From Alphaproteobacteria bacterium (GTDB taxonomy: Bacteria > Pseudomonadota > Alphaproteobacteria > SP197), in NCBI GenBank assembly GCA_964291415.2, contig OZ219917.1, positions 960,001-1,024,000 on the forward strand: 64,000 nucleotides of DNA. Reading direction: 5' to 3'. A model generated the notes under the pieces. It made no database searches and had not been told where the DNA came from. It worked only from the letters and a program-made list of their open reading frames with translations. Made by a program: the position numbers and the translations under genes. Shown one piece after another: positions 18,996 through 27,765 of the stretch (its first letter is position 1; every line of letters starts with the position of its first letter).

Positions 18996-19850
18996 ATGGT
19001 GGTGGTGGGCAACATCCGTCCCCTGACCGGTCATATCGGCGCGGAGATCTCCGGGGTCGATCTCAGGCGCCTTGACGACGGCACGGTCAACGCCCTGCGC
19101 GAGGCCTGGCTCGAACACAAGGTCCTGTTCTTTCCGCGCCAGGGGTTGTCACCTGACGAACTGGTGCAAGCAGCCTCGCGTTTCGGCGACATCGAGCCGC
19201 TGCACCCCGGGCTTGAACGTCACCCCGACAACCCGGACGTGATGGTCACGGCCACCCGCGACGGAAAGGGTGACGCAATCTTCAACGCCACCTGGCACAG
19301 CGACGTCACGTTCGACGAAACACCGCCGGCCGCCTCGATGCTGCAGGCCGAATCCCTGCCGTTCGTTGGCGGCGACACGCTTTTCATGTCGATGTACGCC
19401 GCATGGGATGCCCTGTCCGAGCGTCTCAAGAGGGCCGTTGACGGCCTTCACGCCTTCCACGACGGTGTCCCGACCTTCACCCCCTACCTCCTCGAATCCG
19501 GCGGCGCGGATGGCCCTGAACGTCTGCGGGCGCTCAAGCGCGACTATCCCGGATGCGTTCATCCCGTGGTGGTGCGCCATCCCGAATCAGGACGCCGCGC
19601 GCTCTACGTCAATCGCGGCTTCACCAGGAAGATTCTCGGATTGCCGGATATCGAGGGCCGCGGACTGCTGAACCTTCTTCTCGAGCATTCGGAGCAGTCA
19701 TCTTTCCAGGTGCGCTGGACCTGGTCGGAGGGTGACGTGGCATTTTGGGACAACCGTTGCACGATGCACTACGCCGCCAGGGACTACGGTGCGCAAGAAC
19801 GGGTCATGTATCGCGTGACGCTGAAAGGATCACGCCCTCTCGCTGCCTGA
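18996..19850 (+). CDS. TauD/TfdA-family 2-oxoglutarate-dependent dioxygenase, copy 2 (tandem paralog)
   Basis: WHSD, GGDTLF, WDNRCTMH, RVMYR; same length as copy 1 and colinear with it. Confidence 0.9.
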   Translation: MVVVGNIRPLTGHIGAEISGVDLRRLDDGTVNALREAWLEHKVLFFPRQGLSPDELVQAASRFGDIEPLHPGLERHPDNPDVMVTATRDGKGDAIFNATWHSDVTFDETPPAASMLQAESLPFVGGDTLFMSMYAAWDALSERLKRAVDGLHAFHDGVPTFTPYLLESGGADGPERLRALKRDYPGCVHPVVVRHPESGRRALYVNRGFTRKILGLPDIEGRGLLNLLLEHSEQSSFQVRWTWSEGDVAFWDNRCTMHYAARDYGAQERVMYRVTLKGSRPLAA

Positions 19851-19856
19851 CTCCTG

Positions 19857-20681
19857 TCAGCCCGGGCCGGGAGGCACCGCATCGCCGCTGGCGGCCAGGG
19901 TGCCATCGGCATCGTGCTGTTCGTCCCCTGTCAGAGCCGGGCAGAAGACGGACAGCAGGTGCAGATCGCTCAGGGCATGCATGCTGTGGCGGTCTTCGGG
20001 ACCGACGCAGTACATCATTCCCGGCTCCATCTGCCAGGTCTCTCCGGAGCCAAGGTTTGTCACCTCTCCTGTGCCCTCGAGAACGTAGTTTGCCTCCCAG
20101 TGGTGCTTGTACCACAGGACATTGCGACTGCTGGCGGCAAGGCGGACGTCGCTGAGGGAGAACCCGACACCATCGGCGCGCAACAGCATGCGGACCGTCG
20201 TTGCGCTGCCGCCGGCAACCACGAGCTGGCGACCCTGGCCAGCGAGTTCGTCGACGGTCCTCACGAACATGCACTCCCTGCCCTCGGGAATGGGTCCGGT
20301 CGGCGGGTAGGCGCCGTCGCTGTCGTGCGCCTCGTCCCCGACAAGGGGCGGATTGAAGACGCTGACAACGTGCAGGTCGTCGTCGGGGTCGACCAGATGA
20401 CGATCGGTTGGTCCAACCGTGTAGAGCGTGCCTGGGGCCAGCGGCCAGCTCCGGTCCCGTTCAAGGTCACGCACCGTGCCCGTGCCGGAAACGATGTAGT
20501 TCGCTTCCCAGTGGTGCCTGTACCACAGGACACTGGACATGCCGCCCGCGACCCGCACGTTCGACAGGGTGAAACCCATGCCGTCGGGGATGGTGAGAAA
20601 GCGTGTCGAGCGGACCCTGCCCTCGGACAGGACCTTTTCGGCGCCGGCACGGCGACGCTCGTCAAGAGTGCGAACAAACAT
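19857..20681 (-). CDS. Ectoine synthase (EctC)-like cupin protein with two tandem domains
   Basis: Two repeats of MFVRT...DG(M/V)GF...LWY(R/K)HHWEANY...PG..Y.VGP.DRH...SVF.P.L.GDE.HD.DG, matching the EctC pattern; ATG 20681 with GGAGG RBS. Confidence 0.8.
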   Translation of the reverse strand: MFVRTLDERRRAGAEKVLSEGRVRSTRFLTIPDGMGFTLSNVRVAGGMSSVLWYRHHWEANYIVSGTGTVRDLERDRSWPLAPGTLYTVGPTDRHLVDPDDDLHVVSVFNPPLVGDEAHDSDGAYPPTGPIPEGRECMFVRTVDELAGQGRQLVVAGGSATTVRMLLRADGVGFSLSDVRLAASSRNVLWYKHHWEANYVLEGTGEVTNLGSGETWQMEPGMMYCVGPEDRHSMHALSDLHLLSVFCPALTGDEQHDADGTLAASGDAVPPGPG

Positions 20682-20682
20682 G

Positions 20683-21855
20683 TCAGCCTCCTCTGAAGGA
20701 ATCGGATCCTTCCGGCAGGGCGTTGCTGCCGGCGATGCGTCGCGCAAGGTACTGGCAGAATTCGAAGTTGGGGCGTTCCAGATAACTCAGGTGTCCAGGG
20801 CGTGCCAGAGAGGCCCTGGTGCCGTCGAACACGGCTTCGGTTCCCACCCGGTCCTCCTCGTTGACGGCATCGAGAATCCTCTTGGCCTCGGCGACGTGCT
20901 CGGCTCCCTTCGGGTCGTTGATGAAGTCGGGCGCCATGCCGCCGCCATAGAGAATCCTCACCCGGCCGGCGCTTTCCGGCTGCAGCGACAGGTACCAGAA
21001 GTATCCCGGGGTCAGGGTGATCATGTGGCTGGGGTAGATGGTGATCAGCGCCGTGGTCCGTCGCCACTCGGCCTCGAGATAGGTGCAGTCGGGATGGGCG
21101 TTGGCGAGCGGAAAGTCGGATTCCTTGGTGATCCAGTGATAGTTGAACACCGCGTCCCCGGCCGGCATGTCCATCTCCTCGATCTTCGACTGGTTGCCGA
21201 TGGTCCCGCGGTGGAGCTGGAAGAGGTGATAGCTCTCCATGAAGTTCTCGGCGAGAATCTTCCAGTTCGTGTCCCAGACATGCTCTTCCCGGAAGGTCTC
21301 GGTGTAGTCGGCGAAGCGGTAGCGGCCCGTGACGATCTCCTCTACCGGTCGAAAGAGGTCCTTGGGAGGCGGAATGTCGGGATCCAGCGTGACGTAGATC
21401 CAGCCGTCCCAGACATCGCAGCGAACGCGGGGCAGGCAGTAGTCGCGCTTGTCGAAGGCCGGGCTCTCCTCCATCCACGGTGCGTGGCGCAGGCGGCCGT
21501 CGAGGCCGTAGGACCACGCATGGTAGGGGCAGGCGATGACCTTGCGGTTGCCGCGTCCGGCAAGGAGCAGGCTCATCCGGTGCCGGCAGACATTCGAGAA
21601 GGCCGAGATTTCCCCGGCGTGGTCGCGCACGATGAAGATCGGCTCATCGACGAGCCTGAAGGTGAGATAGTCGCCCCGTTCGGGAATGGCGTCGGCGCGG
21701 CCGGCACAGATCCATTCACTTGCGAAGACCCGCTCCTTTTCCAGGGCCAGGAACGCCTCGCTGGAATAGATGCCGGGAGGCGCCGCCCGCGCTTCACGGA
21801 AGGGACGTTCCGCGTTGGCCCTCAGGTCACCAAGTAGTGCTTCGATTGTCACCAT
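20683..21855 (-). CDS. Rieske non-heme iron oxygenase alpha subunit (choline monooxygenase/GbcA/CntA-like)
   Basis: CRHR...CPYH Rieske motif; NWK...ENFMESYHLFQLH mononuclear Fe site; C-terminal EED. Confidence 0.85.
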   Translation of the reverse strand: MVTIEALLGDLRANAERPFREARAAPPGIYSSEAFLALEKERVFASEWICAGRADAIPERGDYLTFRLVDEPIFIVRDHAGEISAFSNVCRHRMSLLLAGRGNRKVIACPYHAWSYGLDGRLRHAPWMEESPAFDKRDYCLPRVRCDVWDGWIYVTLDPDIPPPKDLFRPVEEIVTGRYRFADYTETFREEHVWDTNWKILAENFMESYHLFQLHRGTIGNQSKIEEMDMPAGDAVFNYHWITKESDFPLANAHPDCTYLEAEWRRTTALITIYPSHMITLTPGYFWYLSLQPESAGRVRILYGGGMAPDFINDPKGAEHVAEAKRILDAVNEEDRVGTEAVFDGTRASLARPGHLSYLERPNFEFCQYLARRIAGSNALPEGSDSFRGG

Positions 21856-21953
21856 CGATCAAGAAACAGTGCCGCTGCCAACCGGCATCATTGCCAAATC
21901 GCAACGACCCGACAACCACGCGCATCGCGATCGGCGGGCAATCGAGGCGCTCG

Positions 21954-22793
21954 TCAGTCCCAGACCCAGACGTCGAGACCGTTATCGAGTTCGCCCTCGG
22001 GCCCACCCATGATGCGCGATGCGCCGATGCGGTGTCCGTAGCCGAGAATGTCGCCGTGCTTGGCGTAGCCCAGGAGCCGGCGGATGGTCCTGTCGTAACG
22101 CGCCGCGACCTCCGGCGGCACGGCGAGGTACTGGTTCACCTCCTGTCTGAGCCAGCCCAGCGCGTATGTGTTGATGAGACCCATGCGCGATCCGTTCGAC
22201 CGGTTGGCCCCGCCGCCGTGCCACAGGGAACCCATGTAGAAGAGGGCCGATCCCTTGGGCATCGACGCCTGCACGACGGACGAGAGGGCGGGGTCTCCGT
22301 AGTCGGTGAGGCGGTGGCTTCCCAGGGCAACACGGGTGGCGCCGTTCTCCTGGGTGAAGTCGTCGATTGCCCACATCACGCCGATCTGGAACTCCATGCC
22401 CGGAATGCGGACCGGGTAGATCGTGTCGTCGCGGTGGAGAACCTGGTCGCCCTCGCCGGGAAGAATCTCGATCCCCGTCGCGCTGCCGATACGGTAGGCA
22501 AGGCAATGCGGAAGAAGGATGGCATCAGCCACATCCAGCACCAGTGGATGGCCAATCATCCCGGCGGCGGCAGGCGCGTAGCCCAGCACACTCGAGATGC
22601 GCAGGGTGCGGTAACCGTTGAAGTCGTTCTCCTGCTGGCGCCCGCGCTGGTCGAATTCGGGCCGCATTTCCGCTGCACAACGGTCCACGGCTTCGACATC
22701 GAGAAGGCCGGTCACGACCGCCGCGCCGGCGGAGCGCAGGGCGGCCACGACAGCAGGCGCCGGTTCCGCCGCGTCAAGGACTGGAAGCTCCAT
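21954..22793 (-). CDS. Phytanoyl-CoA dioxygenase (PhyH)-family 2OG/Fe(II) oxygenase
   Basis: [33 protein letters not shown]; start 22793 or GTG 22802. Confidence 0.85.
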   Translation of the reverse strand: MELPVLDAAEPAPAVVAALRSAGAAVVTGLLDVEAVDRCAAEMRPEFDQRGRQQENDFNGYRTLRISSVLGYAPAAAGMIGHPLVLDVADAILLPHCLAYRIGSATGIEILPGEGDQVLHRDDTIYPVRIPGMEFQIGVMWAIDDFTQENGATRVALGSHRLTDYGDPALSSVVQASMPKGSALFYMGSLWHGGGANRSNGSRMGLINTYALGWLRQEVNQYLAVPPEVAARYDRTIRRLLGYAKHGDILGYGHRIGASRIMGGPEGELDNGLDVWVWD

Positions 22794-22969
22794 CGCCGTC
22801 ACGAATCCTCCGGCAGTCACATCCCGATCGCGGTGCGATCCTCGGATCGTCCGCATGATAGGGCAGGTCGAAGCAGTCAAACCAGCAGGAAATGACTTTC
22901 TGGCAAGGGACCGATTCACACAATTCTCCGGTGTGTCATGCCGCCACGGTTTGTGCCATGATCCACGTG

Positions 22970-23695
22970 ATGAGCGACCGTCCAGTCTGTGCCATTGTCG
23001 GAGCCGGTGAGGGCCTTGGCCGCTCACTCAGCGCGCGTTTCGCCGCCGGCGGCTGCGACATTGCTCTCGTGTCGCGCACGCGCCACGGGAGCGAGGCTGC
23101 CCTGGAGCACGCACGGGCTGCCAACGGCGCTGTGGACGTGCGCTTCTTCGCCGCAGACGCCACCCGTCCGGTCTCCGTGGAGGACGCCATGGCGCGGGTT
23201 GCAGAGGAGATGGGCGCCATCGAGGTCCTCATCTACAACGCCCGTGGAGACTTCGTCCGTTGCGATCCCCTGGACATGACCTACGCCCAGCTCGAGGAGG
23301 TGTTCCAGGTGGAGGTGATGGGTGCCTTCGCGGCGGCCCGCTCGGTGCTGCCGGCGATGCGCGAGAAGGGGAGCGGCACCATCATGTTTTCCAGCGCCAC
23401 CGCGGCCTTTCGCGGTTCCGCCACCCACCCGCTCTATGCCATCGGCAAGTTCGGCCTGAGGGCCCTGGCGCAGTGCCTGGCGAAGGCCCATGCACGGGAC
23501 GGCGTCCATGTCGTTCACATGAGACTCGACTGCGATCTCGACGTGCCGGTCATGCAAAAGGTCTATGATGATCCGGCCGCCCTGGCCGATCCTGATGGCG
23601 TGGCCGACACATACTGGTGGGTGCATCTCCAGCCGCCTTCGGCATGGAGCAACGAGGTGGAACTGAGACCGTTCAGCGAAGCATGGACAATCTGA
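22970..23695 (+). CDS. Short-chain dehydrogenase/reductase
   Basis: [21 protein letters not shown] (YxxxK), W..E.ELRP..E.W C-terminus. Confidence 0.85.
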   Translation: MSDRPVCAIVGAGEGLGRSLSARFAAGGCDIALVSRTRHGSEAALEHARAANGAVDVRFFAADATRPVSVEDAMARVAEEMGAIEVLIYNARGDFVRCDPLDMTYAQLEEVFQVEVMGAFAAARSVLPAMREKGSGTIMFSSATAAFRGSATHPLYAIGKFGLRALAQCLAKAHARDGVHVVHMRLDCDLDVPVMQKVYDDPAALADPDGVADTYWWVHLQPPSAWSNEVELRPFSEAWTI

Positions 23696-23711
23696 ATTGG
23701 AGGATGACGAC

Positions 23712-24551
23712 ATGAACTCCGGACGGTGCCTGTGCGGCGGCGTCACCTGGGAACTCGCGGCCGAGCCGTTCCAGGCGTTCAACTGCCACTGCAAGCTGTG
23801 CCGCAAGGCCCATGGCACGGCCTTCGGAACATACTGGTTCCTCCACGCAAGCGAGATTTGCATGACCGGCGGCGAGGACATCACGGTCGCCTACCGTTCG
23901 TCCCACATGCTGGTCCGGAAGTTCTGCGGCGTGTGCGGCTCGGTGGTTCCCTATGCCGGCGAGGCGGACGACCAACACTTCGTGGCTCCCGGTGGCTGCC
24001 ATGACGACGGCAAGCCGTCGGACTGCAACATCTTCGTACCTCATGGCGCGCCCTGGCACGAGGTGACGGGAGATCTGCCCCGTCATGACGACTACCCGCT
24101 GGAGACCGGCTATCCGAGGGTCGAGGAGGATCCGGTGCCGCCACCGCCACCGGGGGTCGTGCGGGGCTGGTGCATGTGCGGCCGCGTCGCCTTCGAGACG
24201 ACCGGTCCCTACAGGTCAGCCTGGCACTGCCATTGCGGCCGCTGTCGGCGGGGACGAGCCGCGGCCCACTCCTCGAACGCCCTGATCGATCCCCGGCACC
24301 TGCAGTTCACGCAAGGCGTCGAACACCTGAAGAGCTTCCGCGTACCAGACGCCCGACGCTACACCCAGGTCTTTTGCGAACTCTGCGGATCAAAGATGCC
24401 CCAGGTCGATGGCGACCGCGCCATCGTGCCTCTCGGCATCCTCGAGGATGATCCCGGTATCAGACCTGAGGCCCATATCTTTGTCGGGTCCAAGGCCGGA
24501 TGGCACGTCATCACCGACGATCTGGAGCAGCACGACGGCGCGGGTGCCTGA
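23712..24551 (+). CDS. GFA (glutathione-dependent formaldehyde-activating/CENP-V)-family protein with two tandem domains
   Basis: Two sets of CxCG...CHCxxC...FCxxCGS Zn motifs joined by a poly-Pro linker. Confidence 0.85.
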   Translation: MNSGRCLCGGVTWELAAEPFQAFNCHCKLCRKAHGTAFGTYWFLHASEICMTGGEDITVAYRSSHMLVRKFCGVCGSVVPYAGEADDQHFVAPGGCHDDGKPSDCNIFVPHGAPWHEVTGDLPRHDDYPLETGYPRVEEDPVPPPPPGVVRGWCMCGRVAFETTGPYRSAWHCHCGRCRRGRAAAHSSNALIDPRHLQFTQGVEHLKSFRVPDARRYTQVFCELCGSKMPQVDGDRAIVPLGILEDDPGIRPEAHIFVGSKAGWHVITDDLEQHDGAGA

Positions 24552-24571
24552 CCGGAGCTCAAGGCACGTGC

Positions 24572-25549
24572 TCAGGTTCGGGAGCGCGCGGTGGGTGTCA
24601 GCCGCTTGTAGTGCAGGTGCTGGTAGATCGAGACCTCGATCGACATGACGCCGTCGAGGGGCCGGATGTCATCGTCGACGACGGCGAGGAGTTCCGCCTC
24701 GTCGCGGCAGGCAATCTCCGTGAAGATATCGAATCGTCCGGCACAGATCGCGACATAGGTGACATGCGAGAGACCTGAGAGGTTGTCGGCGACGTCGCGC
24801 GCCGGAACGCCGCCGCCAACACGCACGGCGACCCAGGCGACGGTTCCGTAGCCCAGGCTCATCGGGTTGACGATGGCAATGACGCTGATGACGCCGTCCG
24901 CTGCCATGGCGTTGAACCTGTTGCGAACCTGGGATTCCGAGATGCCGAGCCTGTCGGCCACGGCCTGCAGCGGCATGCGCCCGTCTTCCGACAGTGCCTT
25001 GACGATGTCGCGGTCCGTTGCGCCGAGGGCGCGCGGGACCACGCCTGCTTCCTGCAGGGACTTGCGCCGCGCCGCGCCGAAGTTTGCCAGCTGATAGTGG
25101 AGCGACAGGTAGGGAAAGCTCTCGATGGCGCGGATCCCGATGATTCTGCCGATCCGGTTCTCGATCACGTCCTGCAGTTCACGGCGGTCGTGGCAGATGA
25201 CTTCGGCGAAGAGGCCGTAGCGGCCCGTGGCCACCACGACGTAGTCGATGACGGCGACGGACAGCAGTTTCCCGGCCGTCCGCGAGGCCGGTACGGCAGG
25301 GTCGAGGACAAGGCCGAGGAGGGCGGAGCTGTGATATCCAAGGGCGCGCGGATCGGTCACGGCGGCGATCTGGATGACTTCGGAATGAAGCAGGTGCCTC
25401 ATCCGACTGCGCACGGTCTTCTCGGTGAGGCCCGTCGCCCTGGCAATCTGTGCGAAGGACCGCCTTCCGTCCTCCTGAAGGTGTTCGACGATGGAGCGGT
25501 CGGCCGGATCGAGTGCCGGTGCCTGCCTGAGAAAGGCGCCCGGCACCAA
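24572..25549 (-). CDS. Lrp/AsnC-family regulator with two complete tandem Lrp units
   Basis: DRSIVEHLQEDGRRSFAQIARATGLTEKTVRSR and DRDIVKALSEDGRMPLQAVADRLGISESQVRNR, each followed by a ligand domain (ATGRYG / CAGRFD); start approximate. Confidence 0.8.
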   Translation of the reverse strand: MVPGAFLRQAPALDPADRSIVEHLQEDGRRSFAQIARATGLTEKTVRSRMRHLLHSEVIQIAAVTDPRALGYHSSALLGLVLDPAVPASRTAGKLLSVAVIDYVVVATGRYGLFAEVICHDRRELQDVIENRIGRIIGIRAIESFPYLSLHYQLANFGAARRKSLQEAGVVPRALGATDRDIVKALSEDGRMPLQAVADRLGISESQVRNRFNAMAADGVISVIAIVNPMSLGYGTVAWVAVRVGGGVPARDVADNLSGLSHVTYVAICAGRFDIFTEIACRDEAELLAVVDDDIRPLDGVMSIEVSIYQHLHYKRLTPTARSRT

Positions 25550-25562
25550 GGGCGTCCCCACC

Positions 25563-26426
25563 CTAGCGATCGACAAGCTTCAGCGAGCGCGAGAACACTT
25601 CGCTCGTGGACTCCGCCAGGCGCTCGAGTTCGCCAAAGTGGTTTTCACCGGGAACGTCGTAACGTTCCATGGTTCGCTGCTCCGTGCGGAACCGGGCGCA
25701 GTAGGCATCCGACTGGCGGGTGAATTCCGGGGTTTCGTCGCCACCGGCGATGACGAGATGGGGCGTGTTGGAGAACATCTCCATGAACAGGGGACTCTCG
25801 CGCCTTGCCTCGGCGACATCCATCCGCGGTCCGGCATTGATCGACGTGTGAACCAGGGGTTCGAGTTCGAAAATCCCCGAGATCGGCAGGGCGGCCCGGA
25901 CGAGGTCACCCGGCAGGGCCGAGTCGAAGCCTGGCCAGTCCGTCGCCATCATCATCGCCGTCAGGTGCCCGCCGGCCGAATGTCCCATGACCGAAAGGCG
26001 CTCGCGATCGAACCCGAGGTCGATGGCATTGTGCCACAGCCAGGCGAGGCACCGCCGCACCTGGGGCGCGATGTCGCCGAGACGGCATGCCGGCGTGAGC
26101 GTGTAGTTGATCATCGCGACATTGACCCCGGCGTCCAGGAACGCCTCGGCGACGAAGCTGTACATGTCCTTGTCGCCGCGCTGCCAGTAGCCGCCGTGGA
26201 TGTAGACGAGGAGCGGGCCGTCCGCGGCGGCACGAAAGAGGTCGAGCTTGTCGCGTTCGCCGCTTCCGTAGGCGAGATCGATCGCCACGTCACGGGAATC
26301 GCGAAGTGCCGCGCTGCGCTCGAGCCAGCGCGCCACGATGGCATCGAAATCGGCCTCCTTGCTGCGCAGCTCGTACTGGTACTCCAGCTCTTCGGCATTC
26401 ATGCCGCGGTAGAGGTCCATCGTCAT
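25563..26426 (-). CDS. Alpha/beta hydrolase, arylformamidase (kynurenine formamidase)-like
   Basis: HGGYWQ, GHSAG, SGIFEL.PL, GxxETPEF.RQS, NHF. Confidence 0.8.
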   Translation of the reverse strand: MTMDLYRGMNAEELEYQYELRSKEADFDAIVARWLERSAALRDSRDVAIDLAYGSGERDKLDLFRAAADGPLLVYIHGGYWQRGDKDMYSFVAEAFLDAGVNVAMINYTLTPACRLGDIAPQVRRCLAWLWHNAIDLGFDRERLSVMGHSAGGHLTAMMMATDWPGFDSALPGDLVRAALPISGIFELEPLVHTSINAGPRMDVAEARRESPLFMEMFSNTPHLVIAGGDETPEFTRQSDAYCARFRTEQRTMERYDVPGENHFGELERLAESTSEVFSRSLKLVDR

Positions 26427-26536
26427 TGCCCTGCCGGTATGGAGGGAACACTTTATGACGAAAATAGACGTTGACGCAAGCCAGATTGACGAATTACGGT
26501 AGTATCGCCCGGAAAAACTGTGAATTGAGGAAATCC

Positions 26537-27613
26537 ATGCTGGTCGGCCTTTTGCAGGAAGCGGAGTTGATGGAGGGTGTCGACGTCGCCCAGCGCTATT
26601 GGGAGATGATCGAGGAGGCGGCGCTCGCCGACAGCCTCGGGTTCTCCTGCTGGGGAACGTCCGAACAGCATTTCTCCCCGCCGCGCTTTGCCGTGGCCGC
26701 GCCCGAGGTTCTCTACGCCGCGGTGGCCCAGCATACGGAGACCATCAGGCTGCGCGTCATGTGCGCGGTGCTGCTGGCGTGGAACCACCCGATCCTGGTC
26801 GCCGAGAGGCTGGCTACCCTCGATATCGTCTCGAGGGGGCGGGCGGAGCTGGCGACGGCGCGGTCGAACAATGTCCATACCCTCGAGGCCTTCGGTGTCG
26901 ACCCCGCCACCACGCGCCAGCAGTGGGCGGACTCCATCGAGGTTGTCGTCAAGGCGTTCTGTGACGACGTCCTGGAACACGACGGTCCCGTGTGGAAGAT
27001 CCCGCCACGGGAAATCGTGCCCAAGCCGGTGCAGAAACCCCACCCCCCGCTGTCGGTGGCGGCCTCCAGCGTGCAGTCCCACGTGGCGGCTGGCGAGCGC
27101 GGTATCGGCGCCCTGTGCTTCGAGAGCTACTTTGGATTCGGATACCTGCAGGACTGTATCGACGGGTATCGCGCCGGCCTTGCGAAGGGGACGGCCATGG
27201 CGCCACGGCGCACGGAGCACATGGGCCTCTATGTCGCGACGGCCTTCTGTGCCGAGACGCGCGAGGAAGCCTGCCGCATTGCCCACGATGTCGCCATGGG
27301 CTACTACCAGTTCCTCGTCGACATCTACGTCCCTCTCGGCAGGCAGCAGTCCTACGAGTATCTCGACGACAAGCTGAAACTGCTCGTCGATCACCGGGAC
27401 GACTTCGACTATCTCCTCACCGAGACGCCGTCGATCATGATCGGCACGCCTGATGACTTCGTCCGGCGCATCGAGCGGCTCGAGGCCATGGGTATCGACG
27501 AGATTCTCATGAGAATCGATGGCGTCGCTCACGAGGACATCATGCGGAGCTTCCGCCTGATCGGCGAGGAGGTCATCCCGCGCGTCTCGAGCCGGGTCCA
27601 GGCGACAACCTGA
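26537..27613 (+). CDS. LLM-class (luciferase-like) flavin-dependent oxidoreductase
   Basis: ADSLGF..W..EQHF, HPILVAERLATLDIVSRGR, PKPVQKPHPP, IGTPD; GAGG RBS. Confidence 0.85.
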   Translation: MLVGLLQEAELMEGVDVAQRYWEMIEEAALADSLGFSCWGTSEQHFSPPRFAVAAPEVLYAAVAQHTETIRLRVMCAVLLAWNHPILVAERLATLDIVSRGRAELATARSNNVHTLEAFGVDPATTRQQWADSIEVVVKAFCDDVLEHDGPVWKIPPREIVPKPVQKPHPPLSVAASSVQSHVAAGERGIGALCFESYFGFGYLQDCIDGYRAGLAKGTAMAPRRTEHMGLYVATAFCAETREEACRIAHDVAMGYYQFLVDIYVPLGRQQSYEYLDDKLKLLVDHRDDFDYLLTETPSIMIGTPDDFVRRIERLEAMGIDEILMRIDGVAHEDIMRSFRLIGEEVIPRVSSRVQATT

Positions 27614-27765
27614 CCGCAAGCGGCGCCCTGGAAGCGCCGTTCTGACACGACCGGCAGACCCTGGAGAAACCGGGGTCCGCAGACGAGGTGACGATGGGCC
27701 CTCCAGGGCCAACAGCGACGCTATTCCTTGCCCGCGCGAGAACGAAGGGGTCATCATCGCCAGTC

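Noticed and set aside
21954-22793. Calling the PhyH-family gene ectD because it is near an EctC-like gene
   Set aside because: It lacks the EctD signature FxWHSDFETWHxEDG; it has a generic LHRDD PhyH motif.
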